Of a stretch of 64,000 bases of DNA, positions 34,796 through 48,010 are shown piece by piece; positions within the stretch are counted from its first letter, which is position 1, and the number at the start of each line of letters is the position of its first letter. A program made the translations under genes and the position numbers. The DNA lies in assembly GCF_036588685.1 (NCBI RefSeq), contig NC_086374.1, positions 9,982,001 to 10,046,000 of the forward strand, written 5' to 3'. The notes beneath the pieces are model-generated. The model saw nothing but the letters and a program-made list of their open reading frames with translations, was not told where the DNA came from and did no database searches. The stretch comes from Mytilus trossulus. Lineage: Eukaryota.

Positions 34796-37700
34796 TATAT
34801 TTCTTTTCGTTTTGAGATTTCTTTCTATTTCTGTTGCGTAATACTGAGTAATTCGGTTTTCGGACTTTATATACTGTTTTACGCGCCCTTTTCGTTTCAT
34901 CGAGAATTCAAACACCAAACTTGTTCGACAACTTTATGGACAACGTGAGTGACGAGGAAGACCAACGCGATGTTACATGTACTAACCGAGATTATGAAAC
35001 GCCTAATCAAACAGACCCAGATAATCATGTATTTTTTTTTTTTTAAGACGCCTTTTCTTTGTTTTCCCGTCAGCTGTATACTGTCAACCGTCTGAACCCT
35101 TATCACAAGAACTCCGTTGAAGGAAATGCTAGTTCTGATCTTATTCTTCACCATAGCGCAGCATATACAAATTTTCGTCTAGGAGTAGGAGCACGGCTGG
35201 TGGAAAAAGAGTTTGCACATCAAGCGAGTACTTTGGAGGAAAGAAAGGAGCAACCCAATCTTACTACTGGCACTGCAACGAGAGAGGTCATTAGGCCTAA
35301 CATGTACCAGGAAAGTAGGCAGATATCCCCAAGAGAAGCAGGTGCAGTGAAACAGTTAAGTACCAGTTTTATAATTTAAACGAGCAAGATTATGAATATG
35401 AAAATTCACTCATAAGATATAGAAACCCATTTTATTTTGGTAGCATTTTCGAACATTTTCATTTTTGAAAGATATTTAAAAAGCAACAATGTTGTTCTCA
35501 ATGTAAGTCCTAACGGCTATTTAATACCTTTTTATAAATAATAATTCTGCTTTTAAGCATTCAGTATTCGTGGAGCGTAACGTGTAATTAATAAGCCTTT
35601 AGAAACGAGGGCAGCTATTGAACGACGAGATCCGATTCCTTTTTTTGTTATAAATCATCGGACATATTGGATATTGTGGATATTTCAGAATACAACTAAT
35701 TATCTTTAAAATTTCAGCTTTCACCTTTGAATTATCTACAGCAGTACGTGTTTTCAAAAGTTTTACGTCCCGTTGTCAAGCATTTGCGTTTGCAGGGCCT
35801 AAAGAATTATATTATATATTGACGATGGCTGGGGAGTAGAGTATAATGCACAATCTTTTTAAATGTTATCTGATATCTTGTATCTAGATTTTATTTCCGC
35901 AGGTTTGTTTGGTTTTTTTTTGGTTTTTTGTTACCCAAGTGAAAGGCGTTTGGAAGCTTCTCAAAAATTAACTTGGCTTGGTTTTGAATGGGATCTTCCT
36001 TTACACTAATACTTTTTAGTATTTGTTTAAAATTTAGTATCTATACAGAAATAGAATGGATACCTAGTCATTATTATGAACTTGCCAATATTTACAGTAA
36101 TTGCTTTTTTACTTTTATGATTGGTTTGTATCCAATTTGTATTTTAACTATTTTGATAAAGTGTGAGGTCCATACACGTGTGACCTATTTGCAGACAAAA
36201 TTTAACTGTTAAATTGCAACATCTTTCAAATTAATTAGATCAATTTCACATATACTTACCTGTAAAGGTCAAGGCACTTTACTCGTACCGAAAAAGACAT
36301 CGTTACCTGTTTGGCCATTATTGTGGTCATTTAATGGTAATAGGTTTAAATAGACGTCTTCGTGAAATATTTAATCGAGTACGCCAAACCCAGCAGGTTG
36401 TTTCTAAAAGGCTCTGATATTAACAGATTTTCGTTGCTGGGAAATTGTTATTTAATATTTCATTCTGAGGTTAGATTTCAGAAGCTGAGGGCAATTATAT
36501 ATTTATTTTCCGGTGATGGGAGTTTATTTTAGACATTGTAACTACCCGTGATGGTCATTGCGACTTTTAACCTGTTATAGGTGTTTTTAATTGAACAGAT
36601 TATTTCCCGTGATAGGATTTTGTTTATTTCCCCGTGATAGGATTCTATTTATATCTTGTGATGGGATTTTGTTTACGTTCATGTGCTGGAATTTTGTTTA
36701 AACCCGTGATGGGACTCTATTTATCTCCTGTGATGGGATTTTGTTTATTTTCCCGTGATGGGACTCTATTTCTTTTCTGTGATGGGATTTTGTTTATGTT
36801 CCCTTAATGGGGATTCTATTTATCTCCTGCGACAGGATTTGTCAACTGATCTCAACTCCGTGACGGAGACCCTTGCAAGATTTTTTTGTCTGATAATTGG
36901 CACCATATAAGTCAATTTTTTTTTCACGTCTGAGACTTTACAAAAAAAAAGTTTTTTATAATTACGAAGAGATATATATCATCAAGTCAGAATTAAAGAA
37001 TATGTTGTTTGAAAACTGAATTTCATTGCTGAGAAATTATCATTTAACTTTATCGTTCTGAAGTTAGATTCAGAAGCTGAGGGCAATTGTATATTAATTT
37101 TCCCGTGATGGAATTTTATTTAGACATTGTAGTTACCCGTGATGGGAGTTTATTAAGACATTGTAATTACACGTGATGGGAGTTTATTTAAACATTGTAA
37201 TTTCCCGTGATGGGAGTTTATTTAGACATTGCTATTACCCGTAATGGGAGCTTTTATTTAGACATTGTAATTACCCGTGATGGAAAATTACTTAGACATT
37301 GTAATTACCCGTGATGGGAGATTATTTAGACATTATAATTTCCCGTGATGGGAGTTTATTTAGACATTGCTATAACCCATGATGGGAGTTTATTTAGACA
37401 TTGTAATTACCCTTGATGGGAGTGTATTTAAACATTGTAATTGCCCGTGATGGGAGTTTACTTAGACATTGTAATAACCCGTGATGGGAGATTATTTAGA
37501 CATTATAATATCCGTGATGGGAGATTATTTAGACATTATGATTATCCGTGATGGGAGATTATTAAGACATTGTAATTACCCGTAATGGGAGATTATTTGG
37601 ACATTGTAATTACCCGTGATGGGAGTTTATTTAGACATTGAAATTTCCCGTGATGGGAGTTTATTTAGACATTATAATTTCCCGTGATGGGAGTTTATTT

Positions 37701-39433
37701 AGACATTGCTATTACCCGCGATGGGAGTTTATTCAGACATTGCTATTACCCGTGATGGGAGTTTATTTAGACATTGTAATTACCCGTGATGGGAGTTTAT
37801 CTAGACATTGTAATTGTCCGTGATGGGAGTTTACTTAGACATTGTAATTACCCGTGATGGGAGATTATTTAGACATTATAATTTCCCGTGATGGGAGTTT
37901 ATTAAGACATTGTAATTACCCGTGATGGGAGATTATTTGGACATTGTAATTACCCGTGATTGGAGATTATTAAGTCAGACATTGAAATTTCCCGTGATGG
38001 GAGTTTATTTAGACATTATAATTACCCGTGTGGGGTATTGCGACTTTTAACCTGTTATAAGGTGTGTATAATCTAATAGATAATTCCCTTGATGGGATTT
38101 TGTTTACGTTCATGTGCCAAGATTTGGTTTATTTTCTCGTGATAGAACTATATTTTATCTGCTGTGATGGGATTTTATTTCCGTTCTCGTAATGAGATTT
38201 TGTTAATTTTTACGTGATGGGATTTCTATTTATCACCTGCGACAGGATTTGTCAACTGATCTCAACTCCGTGACGGAGACCCTTGCAAGAATTTATTATG
38301 TCTGATAATTGGCACAATATGAGTCATTTTTTTTTTGTTACGTCTGAAATTTGTAAGAATTTATTAATATACATGTTGTTTGATGCTGCAGGGTTTTCAC
38401 GATTTTAGCTTGCAAATATTAAAGTATCCAATTTATCTTTTTCACAAATCTCATCTAGATTTAGTAAAACAGATGTGTAAAGACACGGCAACACTTTTTG
38501 TATTGCTAGAACTAACTCGGACCTGTGTCCAGTGATATTTATATATCTTTGATTTCCAGTGAATATGTATTTAGAGCAATTAAGAAGTAAAACAGTATAT
38601 GCATGTACGTTATGCAAATCAGCAAACCTGTTTCATATACCAGAGCAAGACAGATATTTTAGATGCTTTGTGTCAAGATGGTTTCGATAAAAAATTAATT
38701 TGAGGAGTGGATGCGCGACTCCGACAGCTCATAATAGAAAAAGATAGAATTTTAAAAGCACACAGTAGATGAAAGTCAGATCTATTAAAAGACGGTTACA
38801 TAAAAGAAAATTTATATAACAGGTTATCTGTTGCTAATAATTTGAATTTGTAAATGACTATTTTTGTATCCTATTTATACCAGTCTACACCAGCATATTT
38901 CCTTTGTTTTGTCGAACTGTCTAGTGTGTATCTCCTGCCATACTAGTCTTTGTTGTTTCTTTATATAGCATAATAAATAATTTATGTTCGGACGAGCAAA
39001 GCGAGGTAGAAAATAACTATATTTCTTTTCGTTTTGAGATTTCTTTCTATTTCTGTTGCGCAATACTGAGTAATTCGGTTTTCGGACTTTATATACTGTT
39101 TTACGCGCCCTTTTCGTTTCATCGAGAATTCACACACCAAACTTGTTCGACAACTTTATTACATTAAGATTGAAATATTATGCTTTGTATAAATCCTAAT
39201 TCTTTGTATTTTCTTTTTGTAGATATTAGTAGAACAGTTGAGATGATTATATAGATAATACAATGGCGCATGATGTATGGTCTTTAATGTTAAATGCACG
39301 GCATATATGTATTTTGAAATGTTATATTAAAACTGTCTGGTGTGTATCTCCTGCCATACTAGTCTTTGTTGTTTCTTTATATAGCATAATAAATAATTGA
39401 TGTTCGGACGAGCAAAGCGAGGTAGAACATAAC
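34796..39433 (+). mobile_element. Degenerate Ngaro-type (DIRS-order) tyrosine-recombinase retrotransposon
   Basis: Split direct repeats A1 34796-34937 / A2 39018-39159 and B1 38915-39017 / B2 39331-39433. RT remnant YVFSKVLRPVVKHLRLQG..YIDDGWG (~35745-35835); RNase H IEWIPSHYYELAN; methyltransferase-like GPYTCDLFA and TLLVPK..PVWP; YR remnants KTDV*R.GN..CIART.SDLCPV, LRSGCAT and RW.SD..KDGYIKE (~38370-38850). Confidence 0.88.
37100..38030. repeat. Tandem satellite, 34-bp unit, ~27 copies, no spacers
   Basis: Unit cccgtgatgggagtttatttagacattgtaatta repeated head-to-tail inside the Ngaro element. Confidence 0.95.
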
Positions 39434-41411
39434 ATTTAAATATTGATTTTCAAAGACATCAAATACTGATTTGTTTACTCTAATTGTTTTAATTTATATT
39501 ATAGCATAATATTTATCGTGAGATATATATCACAACAACTGTTATGTTCTTAGTTTGAAAAATGATATTCACCTTTCCTGTGATGGTTGACCCCGATAAC
39601 ATGTGCCTAGTTTTTTCTTTATAATTGTCATGAAAAATGTCTAGCATCTTATTATGCAGGAAGCAGTTGGCGCTGGAACCTGTTTAATAGATATAAGCAA
39701 ATAAACCTTAGCTGTACATTTAAGTGAAAAACAACTTTCAGTAAAAAAAAAAAAGAACGATATTAGAAACAGCAAAATATATTATTTAAAAATGCAAAAC
39801 AAATAATGGAAAAAATGAAAAAAAAGTGTTCTTGACTGTAGGGCTGCTGTTGAAGCCTATGATAAAAAGAACATAACATAAAAATTTTCATATCAAACAC
39901 CTTATCAGCCCATGGTCGGCTCTCTGGAGTTGCATGATTTTTTAACAGAAGTTAGTATATCGACTTAGATACTATTATAATTGTAGTATAAAGGCCAGAT
40001 TTTGGCAATTATACAAGAAAAATAATAATATGTTGGTTTTGATTATTTCGAAACAAAAGCAGTGCTAATGTATCAATTTGATGATAGAAAAATAAAAGCA
40101 ATCAATATTTCATTCTAAATCCATAGCTATAAACAAAAAAGACAACAGTAGTAAACCGCTGTTCAAAATTCATAAATCGATAGAGAAAAAAAATAATTCC
40201 GGGTTACAAACAAAACTAAGGGAAACGTATCAATAATAAGAAAACTACGACACGGCAGAGACATAACACCGAAATGTAAAACACAGAGAAACGTACTATA
40301 GGGCAGGGTTGAGATTTCATAAACATGTTTAACCCCGCCGCATTTTTGCGCCTGTCCCAAGCCAGGAGCCTCTGGCCTTTATTAGTCTTGTTTTTTTTTT
40401 TTTTTTAGTTTCTTGTGTACAATTTGGAAATTAGTTTGGCGTTCATTATCACTGAACTAGTATATATTTGTTTAGGGGCCAGCTGAAGGACGCCTCAGGG
40501 TGCGGGAAATTCTCGCTACATTGAAGACCTGTTGGTGACCTTCTGCTGTTGTTTTTACCATTGTCGGGTTGTTGTCTCTTTGACACATTCCCCATTTCCA
40601 TACTCAATGTTACAATGTAACAATGGGCATTTTCCTGACTTAGTACAGGACATTGTATGAAAAAATGGTGGGTTGAACCTGGTTTTGTGGCATGCCTAAC
40701 CTCCCTCTTTAATGGCAGTGTTAATTATAGCATTATAATGACAACATTACACGACAGGGCTACAATAAATAAATTGGAGAAATTATAGGACAAAGAAACA
40801 AACGAATAATAGTCATCAAACAGTAACAGGTTAATAAATATTTTTTATCGCCAGACGCGCGCTTCTTCCACACAATACAATGCTCAGATGAAAAAAAGTT
40901 TGAAAGCCATAACAACTACAAAGTTGAAGATAGCCGGGGACCAATTCATATATCCCTTATCATAGAATCGAGACAGTGCAGGTAACTCTCTGCTTTCTTG
41001 TTTTTTAACGCATGCATCGTAGTAGGAAAGCATGATTGATATTGTTGAACCATTCAGTCTGTGTTGCAAAGAAGGAAAAAACACGATAGTGAGCAAAATC
41101 ATCATTCAGCTTCCTTTTGAAAGCTTTAACGTTTACATAATCTTTTACTTTTCATCACACGAATACACACGATTTGGGTTGACCGTACGTACTAAATTCC
41201 CTTTTATTCCGCAGCCTATATCGGACATAGTGTTTGTATACGACAAGACAAGACCAGAAATAAAACTGGTTCAAACCTTTAGACATAGTTTTATAGAGTG
41301 GCATTTTCTATCTCCTACTATAGAGAATCACACACTGGTTCAATTTCAATCTAGGTGTTTGATAGACATATCTGTATTTAACACCATTAATTAATATTTT
41401 CCTTTACTTAG

Positions 41412-41563
41412 GTTCATGGTGAAAGCAACACAATATTGAGCATACACTTAGCTGATCTCACAACAGACAATAAACTGGCTAATGGACAATGCTGTCAAGG
41501 TGGTACTCCAGTCAAACGTGAATGTTCAAAACCCTGTCATATTTTAATGACACTGTGTTATGG
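41412..41563 (+). CDS. Exon 2 of Notch-ligand-like gene (C2/MNNL N-terminal half)
   Basis: cctttacttag|VHGESNTILSIHLADLTTDNKLANGQCCQGGTPVKRECSKPCHILMTLCYG|gtaagc; phase 0 to 2; Delta-type CC..C..C....LC cysteine pattern. Confidence 0.85.
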
Positions 41564-42049
41564 GTAAGCATTTTTTTAGTTAATATTTTGATATATTTTT
41601 AGAAAATTCAAATATGTTTGGGAGTATACTAGTTTAAAATTGATTGAGCCCAAAAATTGATTTGGAGCGGGGTGCCCGGCCTTCTTTTGGCATTTCATTT
41701 GTTGTAAATCTAGACTTTTTACCGGATCCAACATAAATTTTGTTTTATTTCTGGCCATGCAGCTCATTTTTTTAAAATCCCCGACCAGTATCTAAAACAA
41801 ATGGTTCGACATTATGATGAGTATCCTAGAAAATCAGAGTTCAAATTATTACCGTTTTGATAAACTACAAAAGACAATAACATAAACAATGCATTCAAAC
41901 ATGATTGATGTATTATATGAACAGAAGCAGAAACTGAATTAGAATTATTTATTATAGTGTCACATACCAATATAAGATACAAGGAATACATCATAATTAC
42001 ATAATATGCATTTAAAAATTAAATATCACAGTTAAAATATTGGTACCCA

Positions 42050-42410
42050 GACAAATTACTGACTAATGAGACACTTTAAAAATATAACACATATTATAAA
42101 GCAACTAAAACTAATGTTCTAACATATTATTACACACACTGATAAAACATTTAATGTAAAGTGTTTGCTAACAATGTTTGAATTGCATCCTTTGACATTA
42201 AGAAAATAATAATGTCCTGTAAATCAAGAATCTCACAAATATCACCAGATGTCTTTATTGAATCAAATATATATCTAAAATCTGCATAAAAATCGCACCC
42301 TAACAAAACAAAATTTCATCCTCAATACAATTATTTGTACAATACATACAAGTAAGCTCAATTAAAGGAAAGTTTGGCTAGGTGTATCTACCCGTTTTAA
42401 CGGCCAGTCA
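42050..42410 (-). pseudogene. 3' end of a non-LTR retrotransposon (C-terminal Cys motif)
   Basis: Minus strand TGRYT..LIELTCMYCTNNCIEDE....GCDFY. Confidence 0.55.
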
Positions 42411-42683
42411 TATATATTGTGTTTGCGACAGTCATTGAAGAGACACTATTTTTATTGACTACTATATGATTGTGTTACAATATACTCCACACCTTAGTTT
42501 TAAACCTTTAAGTTCCGACTTGGTGCAGAAAGTAAACTTCTGTTGTGTTCTTTTATTCTTTCTGTGAAAATGCTTTCTCCGTAGACTCTCAAAGGCCCAA
42601 GTAAAAGTTTCTTAAACATTATGTTTTACCAAACTGAAAATAATAAAAATAGTCTCATTCGATTTCTGATTATCACGCTTTAA

Positions 42684-42945
42684 AAGAGGAAGGGACAGTC
42701 AAACTCCTAAATCAAAACCAAACTGACAACGCCATGGCTAAAAATGAAAAAGACAAAAAGACAAACAATAGTACACATGACACAACATAGAAAACTAAAG
42801 AATTAACAACACGAACCGTACCAAAAACTAGGGGTGTTCTCAGGTGCTCCGGAAGGGCAAACAGATCCTGCTCCACGTGCGGCACCCGTCGTGTTGCTTA
42901 TGTGATAACAAATCCGTTATATAGTCTTATTCGGTAGGTCACATG
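42684..42945 (-). repeat. Penelope-like 3'-terminal repeat copy
   Basis: Matches 57712-57990, including the ggtgctccggaaggg..ggcacc motif. Confidence 0.85.
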
Positions 42946-43391
42946 AAAAAGATAAAGCAGAACCTATTTTTCAAAGTTTTTAATATGTGCATATTTGTTT
43001 GGTATTAAAATGAATGTCATTAACTTTGATTAAGAAATTAAGTTGTAAACCGAATCGGCATTGTTAATGATGTCACATGAACAAACACATGCATAAATGA
43101 CTTATTGCCCTCAGAACTCGTAAGAAGGCAATGGATAAAAGTAGGTCAACTTCATTGAATGTAACACCATATAAAATAATGTACAGGTAAATCAAAATAT
43201 TTTTTTTTGCATTGTTTATAGTATGAGAACAGTTCATATGTAGATGTGAATTGTCTTTTTACAACTCAAAAGTGAAGTTGAAGGGCAACAAAAACCATTA
43301 ATTCCAAAAGATTTGACTGGTTGCGATGTTATTTCGTAAGAGTAAGAAAACAATTAATACTGTATTCACTAATATCAATTCATTATGTAAG

Positions 43392-43524
43392 GTCCTTTTC
43401 TTCGAAATGTGCATATGGATCTACAAATTTTACGTTGACGCCAAGTCAATCTAGAAAGGCTTCATTTGGTGAGAATCTTGGAAATACAACAAATCCGGTA
43501 ATATTACAATTGGTAGGATTGAAA
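43392..43524 (+). CDS. Exon 3 of Notch-ligand-like gene
   Basis: ctaat..tgtaag|SFSSKCAYGSTNFTLTPSQSRKASFGENLGNTTNPVILQLVGLK|gtaagt; phase 2 to 0; CxYG and NPV/I motifs as in Delta. Confidence 0.82.
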
Positions 43525-44418
43525 GTAAGTATTGTTTAATTTATGTCTTTTATGCCTCCTCGTACTTCTTATATTTTGGCAATTATAAAATGATAAGTAA
43601 AGGAATGACTGTCATGTTTTTTTTCTGTTTATGAAGACATAACATCAACAATGTGGTGCATTCTGAAAAACCCGCGTAGCTGGTTATTTAAAGTGTGCAC
43701 CACATTTTGCATCTTATTTCGAATAAGCAGAGAAAATATTACATTCATTTATGGTACCTGGTACATTTAATAACTATTTCTTATAATTAATAAAACTTGA
43801 GTTTATCATGAAAAAAACGTTGATGACGTCACGGTCACATGAAAATTATGTATATGAGCTGATAAACAAAACAACGACAGTCAATCAGACGCGTTTCATA
43901 TATAATTAAATTATTCGTTTTATTTCAATTATATCATGTCATAGAATTTAAATGAATTGACACTACAAAAAGTAAATACAACTTTGTTACAAAGCATATG
44001 TACACTTGTAATTGCTAATTGCATGCACTTTGTTTGATATCAATTTTTGTTTAAACTGTAATTTACGCCTAGAATACATAAGTTTCAGGCTTCGGTGTAC
44101 TAAAGATTACGAAAAATAATATTTAAAAGATTTTTTTGTTGACTGACGCTTGTTCTCAATGTTTCTAGTCAACAACAAATCAATGTAAATTTACCTGTTT
44201 CCATTGAACTTTCATGAAAAAATGTTATGCCGTGAAAAGAACGCATATACGTTAATTGTCAACAGGTCATTGCTTTAGGTACAGTTCAAAATGATCTTGA
44301 TTAATTAATCCTAATTTGAAATTTTAACAAAGAAATAGGGACCATTTAATGGCATTATCGAACCTACTATTCTATACTCCAGACGCAAAATAGAATTTAA
44401 AAAAAACACAGTTAAATT

Positions 44419-44686
44419 GGTACCCAACACTTTAAAAAAAAATGATTTGTATCGTTTGATTTTTTTAAAATTTTGACAAAGTATTTACTTGACCCTTTGA
44501 AGAAAATATTAAAATTTCAAAAAATTTGAACTAACCGTTTTATCAGAAAAATTACACTGGTTATATAGCAGTTTGACAAACACTTATTTTGATCATTGAG
44601 AAGTTTAATAATTCCCTTAAGAACACAACGTAATCAAAATGTTAAGCTGATTTTACAGAGTTATCTCCCTGTATTGTTAGGTACCA
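44419..44686. mobile_element. Small MITE
   Basis: Inverted ends ggtacccaacac / ttgttaggtacc. Confidence 0.55.
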
Positions 44687-45109
44687 ATTTAATTCATAAT
44701 TATGACCTCATCAGTATTAATCCATGATAACACATTGGTGTTGACTACTAGGTCGGTGATGTCTTCGGTGAGGAACAGCATTTGCGTCAACTCAGTGGAT
44801 GTAAATAAATTCCTCATAGATGTCATGTTTTAAATTGTATAAATAAATTGTATAATATTGTTTCGTGAATAAAAAGACTTCTCAGTCCATTTTCCCTACT
44901 GAATATCGTTGACATCACGGTTATGAAATGTTTTCTTTCGATCCAGGCGATTGTGTAATCCTTGACATACATGATGCTTGAAAAACTCGTCAAATATACC
45001 ATTTTCTGATACAAAAATTTATAGATGAGTCTAAGATATATAACTTGAAATTAGGAGTTTCAAAATAGACGTAGCAAATGCGATTGCCTGGAATAGATCA
45101 GCTCACTGT

Positions 45110-48010
45110 ACAGTCTGTCCGTTATTGGTATCGAAAAGGTTTGCGTGTCTAACTGCTAAATGCATAAAGTGTTCATGATCATTTCTTTCGGGTTCTTTCA
45201 CTAGTTGTTTTTAGTTTGTATACGTTTAATTGTGGAGTTAATTACTTTTTGAGTGTCAAAAATTCATTGAAAGTACTTGACAAATTACATGCTCATATTG
45301 GTGATTTGGAATCTGTTCAAAGCTTTCATTTTTCTCCCTACATGTATATACCACTTTGTCATATAATCTTTTTAAGAAAAAATCCACACACATCATTAAA
45401 TTCACTGGGGTAAAGCTGATGACCGTAACTGCATTCACGGTCATCCCAAGATGTCAGCTGAAAAATTAGGTCAGTATTTTTATTGTCTGTTAAGGTGTTT
45501 CTACATCATTTTCTTTACAAAGCATACTTTGATACGATGTAAATTTATAAAAGATTCACACGGAAGTCACAAATCTCTACCGAGGAACGTGTATAAAACG
45601 GGAATTTGGATTTGAAAAATTCGCTAGGATGTCCGTAAATCGTAATCGAGATGACCGTAACAGGATTAGCGATTCATAACAAGGCTGACCGTAATTGGTT
45701 AAAAGATGACCGTAAATTGTTAAGGATGACCGTAATTTATAAAGAATGACTAAATTTAAAAGGATGACCATCAATTGAAAGAAATATCCATATTTGAAAG
45801 CATTGTTTTTTTGTTGAGTTTGTCGCAATAGGGGATCGGTTAATTCTTTTTAACTATTTGGCGTATTTTGAGTTTATATGAAAATGATAGTAAATAGTAT
45901 AATCGATGTTGTGAGTAGTTTTGATTTAAATGGACACTAGAGACAACAGACACCTGCAAACAATATGTGATTTTAACTGTGTAACTGAGTGGACCGTATT
46001 AAATGAAACTCGTATGTCTGTTTATTTTGCTATCTTCTGCATATTTAAAAAAAAATGCAACTCAAAAACCAGGTAAGTTAGTTTTTTTCTCAAACATAGA
46101 CTTTATATAACTTTTACATATCTTAAGGTCCTGCCATGCTTTAAGGTTTATGTACCCTTCTGTAGCAGTTTTTGTACGAATTTTTTTTAAAACATCAATT
46201 GTATCAAAACTACAGATATAATGATTAATAGATACAGTCCATTTTAAACATATACTAGGGGAAACTTGATGCAAAACATTATTATTTACTGTTGCATTGC
46301 ATTTAATAGAAAAAGAGTACTTTGTGGCAAATAAACCAAGATTTTTATAGAAAATCCACAGCCTTTAATAAAGAGATTGTTGTTATAAAATTTGAAACAT
46401 AGATTACTCACTTGCTTTTCTATGATGTGCTAGTGTTTATTTTTTACAAAAAGTTCTAACCAACCTGTACGGGAGAAAGGTAGAAAGACCATTCACAATT
46501 GGTTTTACATTCGTCTTTTCTCTTTTAATTAAATAAAAATAATAATAAACCTTTTGGACAAATGTAGAGTTCATAAGATAAAAACATTCCCTGTGGAACA
46601 CCTCTCCGTCCCCCTTTTTGTACTGTGTATTTTCAACCCTCGAATTAAGCTTTCCAATCTAATTAAAATTAAAACCTTGCTTTCTAACCAATCTGTTCAT
46701 GTACCGGACCGGAAACTTTCTTTATTCAATACGAAAATCTACAGTGCCGTTAAACACATGCATTTTGTTTGCTTGGAGTATACGCCCCGAAAAGAAAGGA
46801 ATAGCCTAATTCCAAGATACTATATTCCTGCATCACCTGATTTTTACCACGTGGAGCTTACATTAGAATAAATACCGAATATGGAAAGTGAAACTTCAAT
46901 TCAAAACATAAAGTCCGAAGGCACAAAAGAGAAAAAAGAAGGTTTTTTTGGCAAAGGGTGCCGGGATAATTTTCTCTGTGTTCAAAATGTACATGAAATG
47001 TTTGCTACTGCCCCTTTTTTGTTCTATAAATTCTAACCCTGAGTTTTCTATCTGCTACTCCATGCCAAGAAATCCTCGCTAAAAATTCCGGTCGACCTCC
47101 TACGGCACCCATTAGTATTTAAAGATTTGATTTCATTCAACAAATTAATTTATGACCATATGTCGCTTAGAACAAAGCCATATATGTCGCTTAGAACAAA
47201 GCCATATTCCAAATGGTCAATATTAATCATCCATATAATTTGCACTATGGGCTGTTTGCAGAATTTCAAAAGAGGCAATTTCTTGGCATGAATTTCAAAA
47301 TACCTCGTGCAGAGTAACTAAAGTCGACCGCAACCTAAAAGGTGTACTTGATTTGGTCCATGTTTTTATTTGTTCTAACCAATAACTACATTAATAAACT
47401 TGTTTTAAGGAAATCAATGCTAACACTGCATGTAATAATCTAATATCTATCGGTCATCAAATTTTTTGTCTACCTTTATGATAATTTTGTCTGATAAATA
47501 CGTCTTACACCAACACGATTAATTATTTGATACAGAAAAGGTAATACAATTAATACGGATATTTCTTAGAAATGACGGTTATACTATGAAAGTTACGGTC
47601 ACCCTTTATAAATTACGGTCATCCTTTCGAAATTACGGTCATCATTTTACCAATCACGGTCATCCTTATTATATGTTACGGTCATCTTGAAAATATTTTA
47701 AAGATGATTTACGGTCATCTTAGCGAATTTTTAAAATCCAATTTCCCGTGTTATACACGTTCCTCGGTAAAGATTTGTGACTTCCGTGTGAATCTTTTAT
47801 AAATTTACATCGTATTAATGTATGCTTTGCAAAGAAAATGATGTAGAAACACATTAACAGACAATAAAAATACTGACCTAATCTTTCAGCTGACATCTTG
47901 GGATGACCGTGAATGCAGTTACGGTCATCAGCTTTACCCCAGTGAAATTGGCATTTAACAAGTCAGAATGAAAATATATATTTAAACGTTCAAACCCTTT
48001 CAGTTCATCT
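45110..48010 (+). pseudogene. Penelope-like RT fragment split by the CACTG element
   Basis: NYFLSVKNSLKVLDKL..ESVQSFHFS..YTTL before 45402 and IKLAFNKSE after 47945. Confidence 0.65.
45403..47944. mobile_element. 2.5-kb non-autonomous DNA transposon with CACTG termini, ~370-bp TIRs and 5-bp TSD
   Basis: CACTGGGGTAAAGCTGATGACCGTAAC.. / ..GTTACGGTCATCAGCTTTACCCCAGTG; AAATT on both sides; subterminal gatgaccgtaa repeats. Confidence 0.92.

Noticed and set aside
37100-38030. CRISPR array (34-bp, partly palindromic repeat)
   Set aside because: Units are head-to-tail with no unique spacers, there are no cas genes, and the context is eukaryotic; it is a satellite.
40845-40935. Hammerhead ribozyme / retrozyme
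   Set aside because: cgccagacgcgcg..gctcagat resembles the flank of a mussel hammerhead-bearing repeat as I recall it, but the CUGANGA and GAAA cores are not present on either strand.
45403-45445. RAG recombination signal sequence
   Set aside because: Terminus is CACTGGG, not CACAGTG, and there is no nonamer at 12/23 spacing.
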